Shown: positions 12,205-24,644, counted from the whole stretch's first letter. The stretch: DNA of 63,980 bases, filler included, from Choristocarpus tenellus KU-1152 (GCA_964200185.2; 12 parts of 12 records of this genome joined end to end with filler, not necessarily neighbours in it), one strand, 5' to 3'. Notes: generated from the letters alone by a model not told the origin. Numbers and translations are program-made.

Positions 12205-13799
12205 ATGAAGTTTGAAGTTGGTATCGCAGTTCTCTCCTCTGTAGGCATGGCAACTGCCTTTGTGGCCCCTTCGGCCTTCAGCGGCTCTCAGCTGGCAGCC
12301 ACTGTGCGCACATCGGGTGCGTTTTGAGGTTGTAGGCAAATATGGACTGCCAAGGGGTGGGAGGAACTATGAAGGGAGGATTCTAATAGCGATGGCTATG
12401 GTTGGCGTAGCATGATTGCTTAAAGGATCAGTGATGCCGACCTTCGGACCGGTTGAGTTGAAGATTCCATGGGGTGACATTTCACGACATGTTAACATGC
12501 ATGAAGGGAAAGCCCTATGTAGCACGTGGTTGTTAAATTGCATTCTAGACATTGACCTCGTTTGGGTTGATTGCGTTAACACTAAATTCCTACCGCACGG
12601 TTTGCTTGGCATTCCTAATTCACAAGCAGGTGCCATGAAGATGGCGGTCAACGATATGCTTGGTGCGGATGTTGAGACAAAGGGTGTGTGGGATCCTCTC
12701 GGATTCTCCAAGGATGAGGCATCTCTCTTCCGGCGCCGTGCAGTCGAGCTCAAGCATGGCCGTGTGGCTATGCTTGCTGTCACTGGGTACCTTTGGGCGG
12801 AGCAGTCTCACCCTCTGTGAGTCAGAAGTTAAACTGATCTCACTTCTGACGTACAGTCCGGAATGACATGGCCTTACTACTTACGCTCCATTTTGTATCG
12901 AAACTATGATTCAGGTAGAACAAATGGTATAAGCATTCGTGCCATGTACTTAAAACTGATGTTTTACTCCTATTGAAGGTACGACGGGTCACTGCCAGCA
13001 GGACTTAAGGCACTTGGCGCGCTCCCACTTGCCGCATGGGTACAGATTCTTGCTGCTATCGGTATCATCGAGCTTACCGTGGGCAAGCAGGACTATGAGA
13101 ACAAGGTTAGGGATGTGGGACATGTCTTCAATTACATGGGATTCGAGAGAGGCTTGGAGTTGATAATTGTTGTGGACAGTTCGCACGTCTTGACTGTTAT
13201 TTTGTGGGATGTTACTATGCAGTAAAGGGGAATGGAAGATAAGTTTGTCCCCGTAATATTTTATCACTTGCTTTGGTGATTTTCTCATTGAACAGGCCCC
13301 AGGAGAGTTTGGCGACTTTGGTCAGGCCTTCAACCCCTACCCGGACAACCCCCAGGCCTTTTCCCGGCTTCAGCTTAAGGAGCTCAAGAATGGCCGTCTG
13401 GCAATGTTGGCCATCATGGGTAAGACCAACTCCATGGCTTGGCATCGAAGTTTATCTACAATCTAAAGTCTTACAGTGACCCTGGAGAACGGGAGACCAT
13501 GCAGAGATCACTTTTTAGCTGAAAAATTTTGCTCCACAGTGGATGTTAATTGAAGATATCCATACCTCAAGGAATATTTGATCGCATTGTACTATGCTGT
13601 GATAGATGGGTAAGTTGTATCTTCTCCAGAGGTGGAATACACTTGTAGCATAAAATTTCATTGAATTGATCCTTGTGTAACTTTTTATTTACTTCCGTCA
13701 GGTGAGATGGTGCAGGAGAAGCTGACTGGTCAGACTGCCATCGAGCAGCTTGCATCAGGGCACCTCAGCCCCTTCGGTGATGGCCAGGGCTTTTTCTAG
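12205..13799 (+). CDS. Light-harvesting chlorophyll a/c (FCP/LHC family) protein, 5 exons (12205-12316, 12630-12816, 12979-13105, 13296-13419, 13702-13799), about 215 aa
   Basis: Presequence MKFEVGIAVLSSVGMATAFVAP, then WDPLGF, RRAVELKHGRVAMLA, WVQILAAIGIIE, LKELKNGRLAMLA and C-terminus GHLSPFGDGQGFF*. All introns are GT-AG and phase-consistent. Confidence 0.97.
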
Positions 13800-15080
13800 A
13801 CAATACATTACATAGCCTATCCATGGTCAACTGTAGGCAAGGATAATGGGGTTTGAGGTGTAGAAACATGCGGCTGCCTAGGTGTATGTGTACCGTATAG
13901 TGTTTGGTAGGGTTGCAGTGAGTTTTTTGTGATGTATGAAAAAGAGTACTACACTCTGTAAAAGTTTCTCTACCATGTGTTACTGCCCTGATAAGCAATG
14001 GTTTAGAACAAGGAATCTTAGCGACCTTTCAATTCTTTGCTACCCAAGTGCCCACAATTGTGCAGCTGTGGATGATACTTTGGAAGGCATGTATCCTCTC
14101 TGACCTTGTGTGATTGAGTGCCCTTGTAGTGATCTATGCTGCTGTCACTCCCAAATGGTAGAGTGCAAATTTGGAATATGCAATGGGCCTAGAGATAGAC
14201 AATAGGCAGGTGTACCTGTTTATGGTTTACTGTTGCTTAAGGCTGGAAGCATGGGTGCTCCATTGCAACCACCATGACCCTCTCAGTGACACCAAGAGGG
14301 AATTACTGAGCAAGCAAAAAACAAGATTGGTGTTTTCCATGCCTCACTCTGTTGCCTAGTAATAAACTTGCCTAGAGTGAGACTAATAATGGTATTTCCC
14401 AAAACTTCCTGCTTGACATGGCCTGTGATGAGGCAATAAGGTAAAGAATTCCGAACCATTTTAAAGTATAGTCCTAAGTATTCTGCAAAGATGGTGACTG
14501 AAAACTGACGTTTTTGAAAACGTTCAATTGATAAAACTACCATACAGTATCACACCTTTTATTGATACTTTTGAAAAACCAAGTTATTTTTTGTCGAGAA
14601 CATAGCGTTAATAATGTTCTAGCTTTGATATTAGTGCTTTGTACACTTTCAAATGCGTGTCAGCTTTTTCTTTGTTACATTCCACACCTGCTATGTCATA
14701 CTAGTCTTTTGCTGTAGACAAAGGCACTATATTTAAAGATTAGCATAAATCACGTAAGTATTGAGAGGGTTAATTTCACGTTATAGGTATCTTTTCATTT
14801 AGCACGTTAGCAATGGTGGTTGAAATCGGTAAATGAAATGACGTGATCCACAAGTTTGACCATATTGCATATTGTTTATTTACCATTTCAACCTAACAAA
14901 GAACTGATCCCGTGAAAGTCCTTCACTTGGTCTTTTGTACCCATTAGAGTTATCTTGCGAGATTAGCTGTAGACATTGAAACAGTATTCTCAATTTTTAG
15001 AGAGGAAGAATTGTTAGTATTTGGAAAATGTTAAAACAGTGTTGAATGTTGGTGAATCTGCCATAAAGCTATTTCGTTCT

Positions 15081-15561
15081 TCAGCTTGCTGCAGAGCGAT
15101 ACACAAGCTTCCTTGGTGAGTGCTCGCCCAATCGGTTGCGACTTGTTCTTCTACGTCCAGCATTCCGTGGTTTCACCGGAACCCGACGCGGTGTTTTCCG
15201 TTTAGCACATAAAATATCGTGAGGTAATTCTCCATCCTCTCCCATGGTCAATGATAAACCCGGTCCTAGACCTGCTTCTGACTTCACCACTCTGTCATTC
15301 CTTCCCTCCTCAGGATCGTTGAAGGTGTCCAGCGTTTGTGTATGACCTCTGATACCACCTGTTGAGCATTCTCTTTCTGTTTGTCTAATCTCCTCTTTCC
15401 CCATCATATCACTCCTCTGGGAGAGTTGCTCATCCACACAAGGTTGAACAGGTGACAATAATGTGTCTGTTTCCAAAGAGCCTTTCATATTGGTGTAGCG
15501 GGTTGTGATCTCCCGAATTATACCTTCCGCCAATACTGCTTTGGTTCGTAACTGCGCCCTC
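15081..15561 (-). CDS. Probable terminal exon of an unidentified gene convergent with the second LHC gene
   Basis: About 160 open codons after an acceptor (ccccaacattag): RAQLRTKAVLAEGIIREITTRY... ending in a basic tail. Confidence 0.45.
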
Positions 15562-16323
15562 CTAATGTTGGGGATAAGGCAGGAAATAATGAAGGAGTGC
15601 AAGAAGGACAAAGGGGTTGTAAAACACATGTCAACTTGGGTTTGCAATGTCCACTTTTTTGTGCAGCAGTTTGTATGGTTCAAACTACGAGTTGGCCCAG
15701 AGCAGGTGCTTTGTCGTAACACGGCATCATAGATGATTATTTTTATCATATATATGCATGTAGAATTATTAGTTTGGTACTCTTACCATATTTCATTAAA
15801 TGTGTTCGTCATATGAAAGGATTGCTTCTTGTGTGTCAGTCAAAATTGAGCTGATTTTTCTTATTGATAAAAAATGTAACATATTGTATTCTGTAGCGAA
15901 ACGAGGGTCATCAGAGACCAACAACGTGAGAGTCATGTGTTGATCAAAGGTATTGGCGTGCTGGTCTTGATCCAGATGCCTGTGTTGTTTGGTTTTTTTT
16001 TTCCCTGCATGGAGAAACAAAAGATGAGTTTGTTGTGTTTCATGTCATGCACCACAAGGTTGGCTCAGTGGGCATCAAGATTTTATTTAGTAAATGTGAA
16101 CCTGCTTCTTGCATTGGTATGTTTTTTTACTAGCATAAGGTCAGCACTGTATTCTTATCAAGGCTTGTCACAGTAGTGACTTCAAACTTCAGTGCAATGA
16201 TGGGGGTCAAAGTATCTTGGGGGNNNNNNNNNNNNNNNNNNNNNNNNNNNNNNNNNNNNNNNNNNNNTTAATTAATTAANNNNNNNNNNNNNNNNNNNNN
16301 NNNNNNNNNNNNNNNNNNNNNNN

Positions 16324-16794
16324 GTCCCTGGTGGGGGAGGCTGGCCTTCGAAGCCCCGTAATATCTCTTATCACCTCCTCTCCTGCCTCCTCCTCCTCGT
16401 AGCTGTGTAGGGGCGGGTCCTTCTCCCTGCTACCATCGTTGTGTGCCTCTACCACCTCTCTGACCCCATCCCCTTGAGTGCTCGTTCGATTTTCCGTCCG
16501 GGCTATGCTATCCTGCAGAGACGAAACATGTCCACCTATTCCCGAAGAGGATTGGTGTGCCCTGCTTATGTTCCCCCCTTGCCCGTGCCTATCTCTTGAG
16601 CCGCCATTCTCATCCTCGATCGCCTCCACCTCGTCCCCATGTGGGCCCATTACGTTCTCTGTCCATCCTTCTCCATTCTGCGAAATCGAGACCTGAGTAT
16701 CTATTCCTAGATCTGGGTTAATCCCTCCACTTCTATTCATTCCTTGCCCCTGTCTGTCGCGTGCACCGTCGCCGCCTTCCTCCATCATCTCCAC
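16324..16794 (-). CDS. Partial ORF with an imperfect internal repeat of about 47 aa, possibly the N-terminus of a retroelement ORF
   Basis: Repeated pattern G(A/S)RDR(Q/H)GQG..N.S....G...VS..Q....TEN....GD.V. The ORF runs off the contig. Confidence 0.4.
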
Positions 16795-16989
16795 AACCCC
16801 ATCCCCTCCTTCAACTATATACGTACATCAAACCTATTTTATATACTTGTATCAGCACAGATAGCGCAAGCATAACACTAGGCCATTCGACAGCGACAAG
16901 GAGCGGTACGCACTACTGACTACCTCTGAAGACTCTCCGAGCTGCGATGCTCAAGGCAAGTGTGGGGTAAATGAGTGTCTGGTGTCAAG

Positions 16990-19830
16990 TGTCGGGGTTG
17001 GTACATTAAGAGGAGAGTGGATTTGTGACAACGCAATCTCATGTCACATGACAGACATGAAAACTTGTATGACCAACTACAAGCCTTGTGTAGTCGATCA
17101 AAGAATAATTGCTGCCAGCAGAATTTCTTCCACATTGCAGGTCATGGGGATCTAACTATCTTGTTTCTTTAGCGTGACAATAAGGAAGTGGAGATACTAC
17201 TTCAGAATGTCACTCATGTCCCAAATCTTGGATTTAACCTCTCTTCTTACCAAGCCCCAGCAGACATGGATGCAAAATGTACTGTGTCACTATACCCTGC
17301 ATGGTCAACGTATTTTGTCGCGACCATCTAAAATTGCCGACACAGATCTTAAGACTACCATCGCCCCCTCGAGCACAAACCCAAACAACTCTGCTCCCCA
17401 CACTGAGGTGGACATTAACCATTTTCCATTGCGCGTATGGCCATGGTCACGAGACTTTGCTCAAGTCCACTACCTCTTCAATGAGCAATTCATTGGTGGG
17501 ACAGTTGGAGGCATGTGCTGGCTGTTCAATGAGTAAAGGCATACGGAAGGGGATCTCGTCCAGCTTTGTTGCCAAAGAATGACCTCGCACCTAGTATAAA
17601 CCTGTCCTCACTTCCGTCGCTACAGGAAGAGTCGTCAGATAGGGGCGAAACGGAGGAGCCAGATGAACAAATAGACAGTGCATCTAATGATGAGCTAACG
17701 GTTTCGGGATTGAAAAACTTGTCCTCAGAACGAGGGTCTGCATCAAGTCCCCCCCTTTTACAAAGCAGGGGCAACCTCTCCTACTGGGGGAAGACTGGTG
17801 TTATTAGTGGACAGTCAGGTCAGGTTACGTGTAGTAACAATGGCACCGGTCGGAGTAAGAACACGGTATGTATCACAGGGGTGATTGATCCCCAGGCCCA
17901 GGTAAAAACACCAATGAGCCTTTTGGAAAGTCTTAAGGGTCTTACTGAGATGGCAAAAACCCGATTGAAAAACATTGTAGGTGGCATACCACATATCTTA
18001 CTGTAATTTACAAACAGGAGTAGTCGTGATCGATGTGCCATTGAGCGAGTAACAGACATATAGTATTGAGCTTCAGCCCATAGAGAGTCTGTCTTGGCGA
18101 TTGTGACATGGGGAAAACGTAGTGGAGCTTGAAGGCGGGCAGCAAATAAAGCTTCATCATTAATAACCAGCACGCGTTCAGCAACCCCATTAAATTGAGG
18201 ACTATCTACAGGTGTGAACTCCTGTTTAATCCCACGTTCAAGGCAAAGAGCACCGAAAGCACCCTCATAAACACCCCTCCCATTGTCAGACCACGTGAAC
18301 ATGACCCAAGAGGGAGTACCATCAGCCTCGATATCGACAAGGTACTTCTCGAAGGCTTCAACAGTATCCGGCTTAAGACGAAGGATATACAACCAAACAA
18401 AACTAGATTAGTCGTCCCGAATTATCATGGTGCAGCGCTTACTGCCGAGTGAAAGGGTAGCCCTCTTGCCGCCTAGATCGACAAAATCCGCCCCAGTTCT
18501 CTCAGACGGTTTGACTAATGATCCTCCCCTTGGCGAAGGGAGAGTAAGTCAGATTGTCAAGGATCTGGTTGTTGTCCCTTCCCTTGGTGATGGGGAGGAG
18601 GTCAGGTTGACATGAGTCTGTTCAGAGACACTACCTGAGATGGTGAAGGGAATGTAGGATATGTCTCATCCTTGAATCACAGCACTTGGCTCAGGCAGGT
18701 GCTGACTCAACAGCTGCGTGTACTGCAGCTCACGCCCAAGTCTGTGTTGATGTGTACCCCCCTTCATGGTCGTCTTGTTTCTGAGTTTGGACCAGCCCCT
18801 CAGTCTTATGCTGAGACTTGCAAGTCTGAATACTGACCAGTATGGGAAGAGGCTATATCCAAGGAATTGGATGGTTTCTTCGACACAGGTACCTTCAGTA
18901 TTGCTGGTGTAACCTCAGGGTGCAAGGCGATTGGTTCCAAGCGGTTGTTTAAATGGAAGGGTGACTGTTTTGGGATGTTCAATGGGGCTAAGGCTAGGCT
19001 GGATGCTCAGGGTTTTGGCCAGGAGTATGGTGTGATTACTTTGAAACCTCCGCCCCCACACCTTCCGCCTCATTTTTTAGGCTAATGGTCAGCATGGCTT
19101 GTGAGTAGATCCTGAGGATGTGGCGCCTAGATGTAGAGCAGGCCTTTGCCCAATCTGATTTGGATGAGGAAGTGTACATGCGCCTCCAACAGCGATGTGG
19201 AGATCTCTCCTATACGACCATACGGCTCCACAGGCCTCTGTGTGGTTTAAAGCAAGTCTCTAGGACTTGGAATGCGAAGCTGGTTTCCACCCTTAAACGT
19301 AATGGCTTTGAGCAGTGTCTGATTGGCCCGTGTATATTTTGACTCGGCAGGGATAATGTTGTCAAGACAATCCTTGACATGTTGCAGTTCATGTGGATGA
19401 CATGATGGTTTTGGCGTCTGGTGAATATTGCAATGATCTTTGTGCCTCCCTGAATGAAGAGTTCCCCACCAAAAACCTTGGCTTATTGTCTCAGTTTTCT
19501 GGTTGCATGTAAAAAAGAGATCGGGAGCGTGGTATCCTCTCCATTACCCAGACAACCTACATTGACAGTTTGTGTAAACGTTTTCCCACCCAATTAACAA
19601 GTCCAATCCCTGCTGCCCCTTCCAGAAATCTTCGAATTTGGGAGGGAGATACCCTGTCAGAGGATTTCCCTTTTTGTGAGACATTTGGGGCGTTGATGTG
19701 GGTCAGTAACAAGACCAGACCAGATGTGGCTAGTGCAGTGAGAGCTGTAGCCCGCCACTCACATGCTCCAAGTCGTGTCCATCGGAGAGCTGTGACCCAG
19801 ATCCTCAAGTACCTCAAAGGAACGCGTCGA
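16990..19830 (+). mobile_element. Decayed Ty1/Copia pol (protease, pre-integrase, inverted integrase, RT)
   Basis: Protease EWICDNAISCHMT near 17015 and LQNVTHVPNLGFNL. Pre-integrase DINHFHCAYGH...CAGCSMSKG. RT WEEAISKELDG, AKARLDAQGFGQ, LDVEQAF, LCGLKQVSRTWN, AVHVDDMM and TRPDVASAV. Confidence 0.93.
17575..18510 (-). pseudogene. Copia integrase core plus SH3-like tail, on the opposite strand to the flanking pol domains
   Basis: LGRI/FVDLGG...MIIRDD*SSFVWLYIL..KPDT, WSDNGRG, GIKQEFTPVDSPQFNGVAER, CFYLGLGINHPCDTYRVL. Confidence 0.9.
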
Positions 19831-19834
19831 GAAT

Positions 19835-20598
19835 GGGGAAGTTTCAAACTTCATCTTGCACAATGTGTCATTTGTTCCTGGGTTAAAATTTATTATCTTC
19901 TCAATGATACAAGCGGGGGAACAATCAGGGGGAGAATTATATTGGAAAGGGGAAAATTCTTTGAGATTAATCCCTTCTTCTGGAGGACCTGGATTGGAAT
20001 TTGTGAAGACAAGTGGGAAGATTTATGGATTGTTTACATTGAAAGCTAATCGAAGAAGCTTCTTGACAATTCCTGACCTGCCCTCATGACAACCACCTGA
20101 AGTACCTGACATGTCAAAGAGGATTGTGTCAGGACTAGTTCTAGCCGAGAGGGAGGCGGGAACAGACACACTCGCCGTGACAAGGGCTGGAGGAGATACC
20201 GTCACAGGTGGGAAATCTGAGGAGACTGCAATGTCAGAGGAGGATGTTGCAGCGACAGGAGTGAATACCTTTGAGGGGGTTTCAGGAGATGTCATTGACC
20301 CAGGGGTAACTGTTGAGGAGGAGAGGCCTACATCAAAGGTGACTGGAATGGATGTTGATCTGGAGCGATCGACTGCAGCCCAAGCAACGTCAGAGGAGGA
20401 TGTTGTAGGATTTGATGAGCTCGCCCAGGGTGGGGCTGGAGCATTTGTCACTGCCCCATGGGGGCTGAGTGGGGGAATGAGACCCACTAAGAATATGGGC
20501 ATTAATCAAATGCATCATCAGCTGGGTCATTGCCATGAGGCGATGGTGCGCAGGTACGCTAAGGAACGTGGGATCCATCTCACCGGGGAGTGGCAACA
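19835..20598 (+). mobile_element. Fragment of a second Copia pol (protease tail, acidic linker, GAG-pre-integrase)
   Basis: HNVSFVPGLKF and INQMHHQLGHCHEAMVRRYAKERGIHLTGEW. Confidence 0.8.
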
Positions 20599-20698
20599 NN
20601 NNNNNNNNNNNNNNNNNNNNNNNNNNNNNNNNNNNNNNNNNNTTAATTAATTAANNNNNNNNNNNNNNNNNNNNNNNNNNNNNNNNNNNNNNNNNNNN

Positions 20699-20866
20699 CC
20701 AGCTCACCACGATTAATTAGTCGCTTCGACGATTCATTTCCTAGCTCACAACGATTAATCAGTTGCTTCGACCATTGATTTTCCAGCTCACCACGATTGA
20801 TTTCCCAGGGATGCCATGATTAATCAATTGCTTCGACGATTGATTTCCTAGCTAACCATGATTAAA
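20699..20866. repeat. Minisatellite of about 42 bp (two related 21-bp halves), about 4 units
   Basis: Unit c(c/t)agctcac(c/a)acgattaat(c/t)agt(t/c)gcttcgacgatt(g/c)atttc. Confidence 0.85.
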
Positions 20867-21002
20867 TTACTACAAAAACGATATTATACCACATCAATTA
20901 TGTGCCGCTTTTTTCGGGCATGCCCATGGGTGAACAAAATCGGGGTAGGTACTGTATACTACTACTCCAAGAAATCAACCCTACAATTATAAAGAAAAAT
21001 AT

Positions 21003-21145
21003 TACCCAAAGTATAGGAGAGGTCCCCAGTTTTTGGTCGTTTTTCGTTTGAAGTCATTTTTTTTTCAACTCACCCATATTTCTATGGTTGAAGTGCAAAC
21101 TTTGACTTGAGAGGGTTTATATCTATTTTGTTCGAAGCATTTCAT
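21003..21145 (+). mobile_element. MITE family B, partial diverged copy
   Basis: caaagtataggagaggtccccag...actcacccatatttctatgg matches the copy at 1775. Confidence 0.7.
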
Positions 21146-21349
21146 GTCTTCATTATTGGTAGAGGAGATAGAAAGGAAAGCCGTAGTATGGCACAACGTA
21201 GATTGGTTATTGGTTATTTATGTATTAGTGCATCTGTTTTTTCACCATCGAGAGGTGGTAGAAGGAAACGAATCGGGGCTGTATGACAACATAGAAATAT
21301 CCACAGTTCACAATCAATAAAAGGTAAGACTAGAACAGGTATGCTCAAC

Positions 21350-22312
21350 ATAACCCCTGGAACCAGCATGTCATATCCCTCCCATAGAGTTACATGATCC
21401 TAGACTCACTGCCAGCTGATCCCTAGAGAGGGAGGAGGCCCTATCGAACAGGTGCCCGGTGACTGGGTGCAGGAGGCGAAATGTAGATACCAGACATGGA
21501 TGTACCTGACCTAGAGCAGGAGGACAGGCTCGCCAACACACATAAATGGTGAAGCGTCTAGGCCAACTCTGCAAAGAAATGGGCATCCCTTGCACTATGG
21601 AGGACTGTTGTAGCCCATTTACACTGGACCGAAATTTCCGCATGGATCTGGTCTTCCATGCTGGGGCAATTGCGGACGCCGGATCAGCTCCATACCGAGA
21701 CAAAGGCTTCCTTCTAGATGTTACGTTTGCAGAAGTGCAGGTAGCATCTCACCTTCCATACTCATCCACCAGCAAAGGTGTAGCTGCTACTGCAGCTGAG
21801 GCGCGAAAGCACCCCCACTACAAGGACTCTTTTTACCCTCATATTTTTAGCCTCAACACTTTCACGGTGGAAAGTTTTTGGGCCCCTCGGTAAGCAAGCA
21901 GAAAGTTTTCTGGATGAGTTGGCTGCACACACGGTAGGGGGGAGAGGGACAGAAGGCTACAGCAGGAAAGGGGCAGTCAAATCCCGTCTACGACAGATAG
22001 TATCTGTCACAACAGCCCTATCTAGAAGTGTCATGCGCTTTAAGCTGGAGACACGAGGGAGGTGGGCAAGGAGGGGCTTGTTAGATTCTTGGGATGCTTC
22101 CCTACGTCCTCACCCTGGGGTGCAGGACTAAGCTAGGTTGGAGGCACAGGAGGGCAGCGGTGTAGCATAGCTCGTAGTAAAATAGTAAATAGGTTAATTG
22201 ATGTCTTTCACATATATGGCAACTATTACTTTTTGGGGGGTTATTCTGATATGTGAATAGTTTTCATTTTTTTTTTACACATCTGTAAAACCCCAGAACG
22301 CCTAATAATAAA
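21350..22312 (+). mobile_element. 5'-truncated CRE/R2-like non-LTR retrotransposon (zinc knuckle, restriction-like endonuclease, 3' UTR)
   Basis: CPVTGC...DTRHGCT*PRAGG..RQH, then FRMDLV...LLDVT...AAEARKHPHY...FTVESF..G, then FLDELAAH...RLRQIVSV. Contains stops and a frameshift; A-rich end near 22304. Confidence 0.88.
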
Positions 22313-23629
22313 ATGGGTAGCCCCATAGTATAGATATTGGTTCTTTGTCTCTAAGTTGGGATGACAAAATCACGGAACTACTACAAAAAAATAGTAACAC
22401 TTCTCTTTCGATGTTGCTGTTTCAATCCTTGCGTTTTATACCAAACTGACTGAGTCAGATCATAACAATAACAAAAGCTCCATCCAGAATCCTGAGCAGC
22501 AGGTGGGTGTAACCCTCCTTTCTTTGTTACGGAAGCAGTTATATAATAATAGTACTAATAGGTATGAAGCAAGGGGCTGGAGAAAATTGAATTGAAGGAT
22601 CACTGGTATTTTAATGAACATTGTCATTGGATTTGTTATTTTCGTGGTTTTGAGTCAGACACCGATGGCGATTTCTGCTTTGATTAATGAACGTACCCTG
22701 TTTGTGTGGCAGCTGTATTCTTTTTAATGGTTCGTTGGGTTCATGGATGAGTTTACGGCGTTGAACATCATGTGGTTGAGCAGGTTAAAATTGTTGTTGT
22801 GGTTAGAAGATTTGATCGGGTGAAGGCGCTGCATTGTCGAATTTGTTGGGCAGTTACCCTTGCGTATGTTCTTGTTGATATAGTCATTGATGAACTTGGC
22901 GATCTTCTGTGGTTAGTTGGAGAATGTTGTACAGTCAGGTTACCGAGATAAACAGTAAATTGATACAAATGACACTCCAGAAGAAGTCGGATATTAGTGG
23001 ACATCCATGCCCGCGCGGGCGCGCACACGAATCATTGCTTCACTTTATGTGCGGGCAGGAGAGACATCCTCTGCCTGTAGTCAATAAGTTATTACCAAGG
23101 AATTGGAGGGATACAAGTATGAAGCAATAACACTCTTGTAACCAACAACATCGTTATCAGCACTGAGAAACCATGGCTTGATCAGGGCCAGAAGACATGA
23201 CGTTCCCTAAAGGTGACTACGAGAAGAAGAGTGAATGAGCTCCAGCTACATCCGAACTACCCTTTCCTAGGATAATGAAAATGAATCTTCAAGTAGTTGG
23301 TTGCATGCACAGTTACTGTAAGTGATATTGGCGTGACCTGACAATAATTAAACGTATGCGAAACAAATAGTTTATATGATCAAGGTTCAAAGTATCTGGG
23401 GGGGCTGGGGGAGGGGGNNNNNNNNNNNNNNNNNNNNNNNNNNNNNNNNNNNNNNNNNNNNTTAATTAATTAANNNNNNNNNNNNNNNNNNNNNNNNNNN
23501 NNNNNNNNNNNNNNNNNCGCTGCGCGGATTTTTTTTTTTTTTTAGGAATGAGCAAATAATAATAATAATCCAGAATTCGTGAGCAAAACAAATAATGGTA
23601 CCCTACAATATATTTAAATACTATAACCA

Positions 23630-23718
23630 CTTTTTGTCGAATTTAGGATTCTTAAAAATACTAGAGTCGACAAAAAGCTGCTCTGGAGTTTAGGGTGATC
23701 CGACGGATCACCCTAAAC
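23630..23718. repeat. Two adjacent inverted repeats, including a perfect 31-bp palindrome
   Basis: ctttttgtcga (23630-40) pairs with tcgacaaaaag (23667-77). gtttagggtgatccg-a-cggatcaccctaaac spans 23688-23718. Confidence 0.95.
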
Positions 23719-24092
23719 CATTGAACAACCAAAACACGTGCGTTAGGGCCTTTACGAAATAATAATATTATCCTAATCTTTATATCAACAAATAAAAATA
23801 CCAACCACATACTTCATTGATCTAATACGTTTGAAACGTACGAAATGAAAAGGTCACAAAAAACTGATACTCTCTATCTCTTATAAATATGAAATTGTAT
23901 GCTGTTCGATATTCGTATTTTTTGTAACACAATTATCAACGGAAAGAGAAATCTGAGTTATGAGGACCGACCGACCAGATGAAATAAAGCAGCACCTCCC
24001 AGCCCTCAGTCCTTATTTCAATTCCTTCCCTTCCGAACATACCACCAGCACCTCTACTTATCTATCCCCATCACACCCTCCCAATCTTCGCC

Positions 24093-24539
24093 ATGTCCAA
24101 CATTTGCTCAACAACAACCCACCTGCCCGCCGGTGGCGCTGCCCACGGATCGAGATTGTGGTACAGCAATCTGAAGGGCATGTCCTCGCTCCTAGAACAT
24201 CACTACCTCGGCACGTACCAGATGAAACTCGGCAACATCACACGCACGGAGATGGCGCGTCCCCTGAGCGAGCGTGGCCTTGCGTGCGTCAGCAAGTCCG
24301 TCCGTGAAAAAGGCTGGCTGGAGCAGTTTGCTCCGTCTGTCGTCATCCAACGAGACTGCTTACGCAACGGGGACCAGCTCACCGCCGAAACTGCGCTTGC
24401 CATTCAAGGACGAACACTGGACGGAAACCATAGAATAACGGTGCTGAACAGAGAGTTTGATCCCAAACGCGCTTTCATGATGCGGGTCTACATGGAGTTC
24501 AACCAAGCAGAAGAGAGACTAAGTGCCAACGGTGGGTGA
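24093..24539 (+). CDS. ParB/Sulfiredoxin-like domain protein (probably a first exon)
   Basis: ARPLSERGLACVSKSVREKGWLEQFAPSVV...TLDGNHRITVL...MRVYMEFNQAEERLSAN follows the ParB N-terminal pattern (R, SI...G.L.P..V, DGxHR, EE..A..N). Possible splice donor near 24532. Confidence 0.7.
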   Translation: MSNICSTTTHLPAGGAAHGSRLWYSNLKGMSSLLEHHYLGTYQMKLGNITRTEMARPLSERGLACVSKSVREKGWLEQFAPSVVIQRDCLRNGDQLTAETALAIQGRTLDGNHRITVLNREFDPKRAFMMRVYMEFNQAEERLSANGG

Positions 24540-24644
24540 TGGAGTGTTGTCGTTGTTCCATGATCGCCTGATGACTCTTCTGATCTACGAGTAAATATGT
24601 AAATTTATGTATTTTCACCTTTTCACATTCTTACTACACATCTG

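Noticed and set aside
20699-20866. CRISPR-like array
   Set aside because: No unique spacers; it is a degenerate tandem repeat in eukaryotic DNA. The same applies to 49299-49503.
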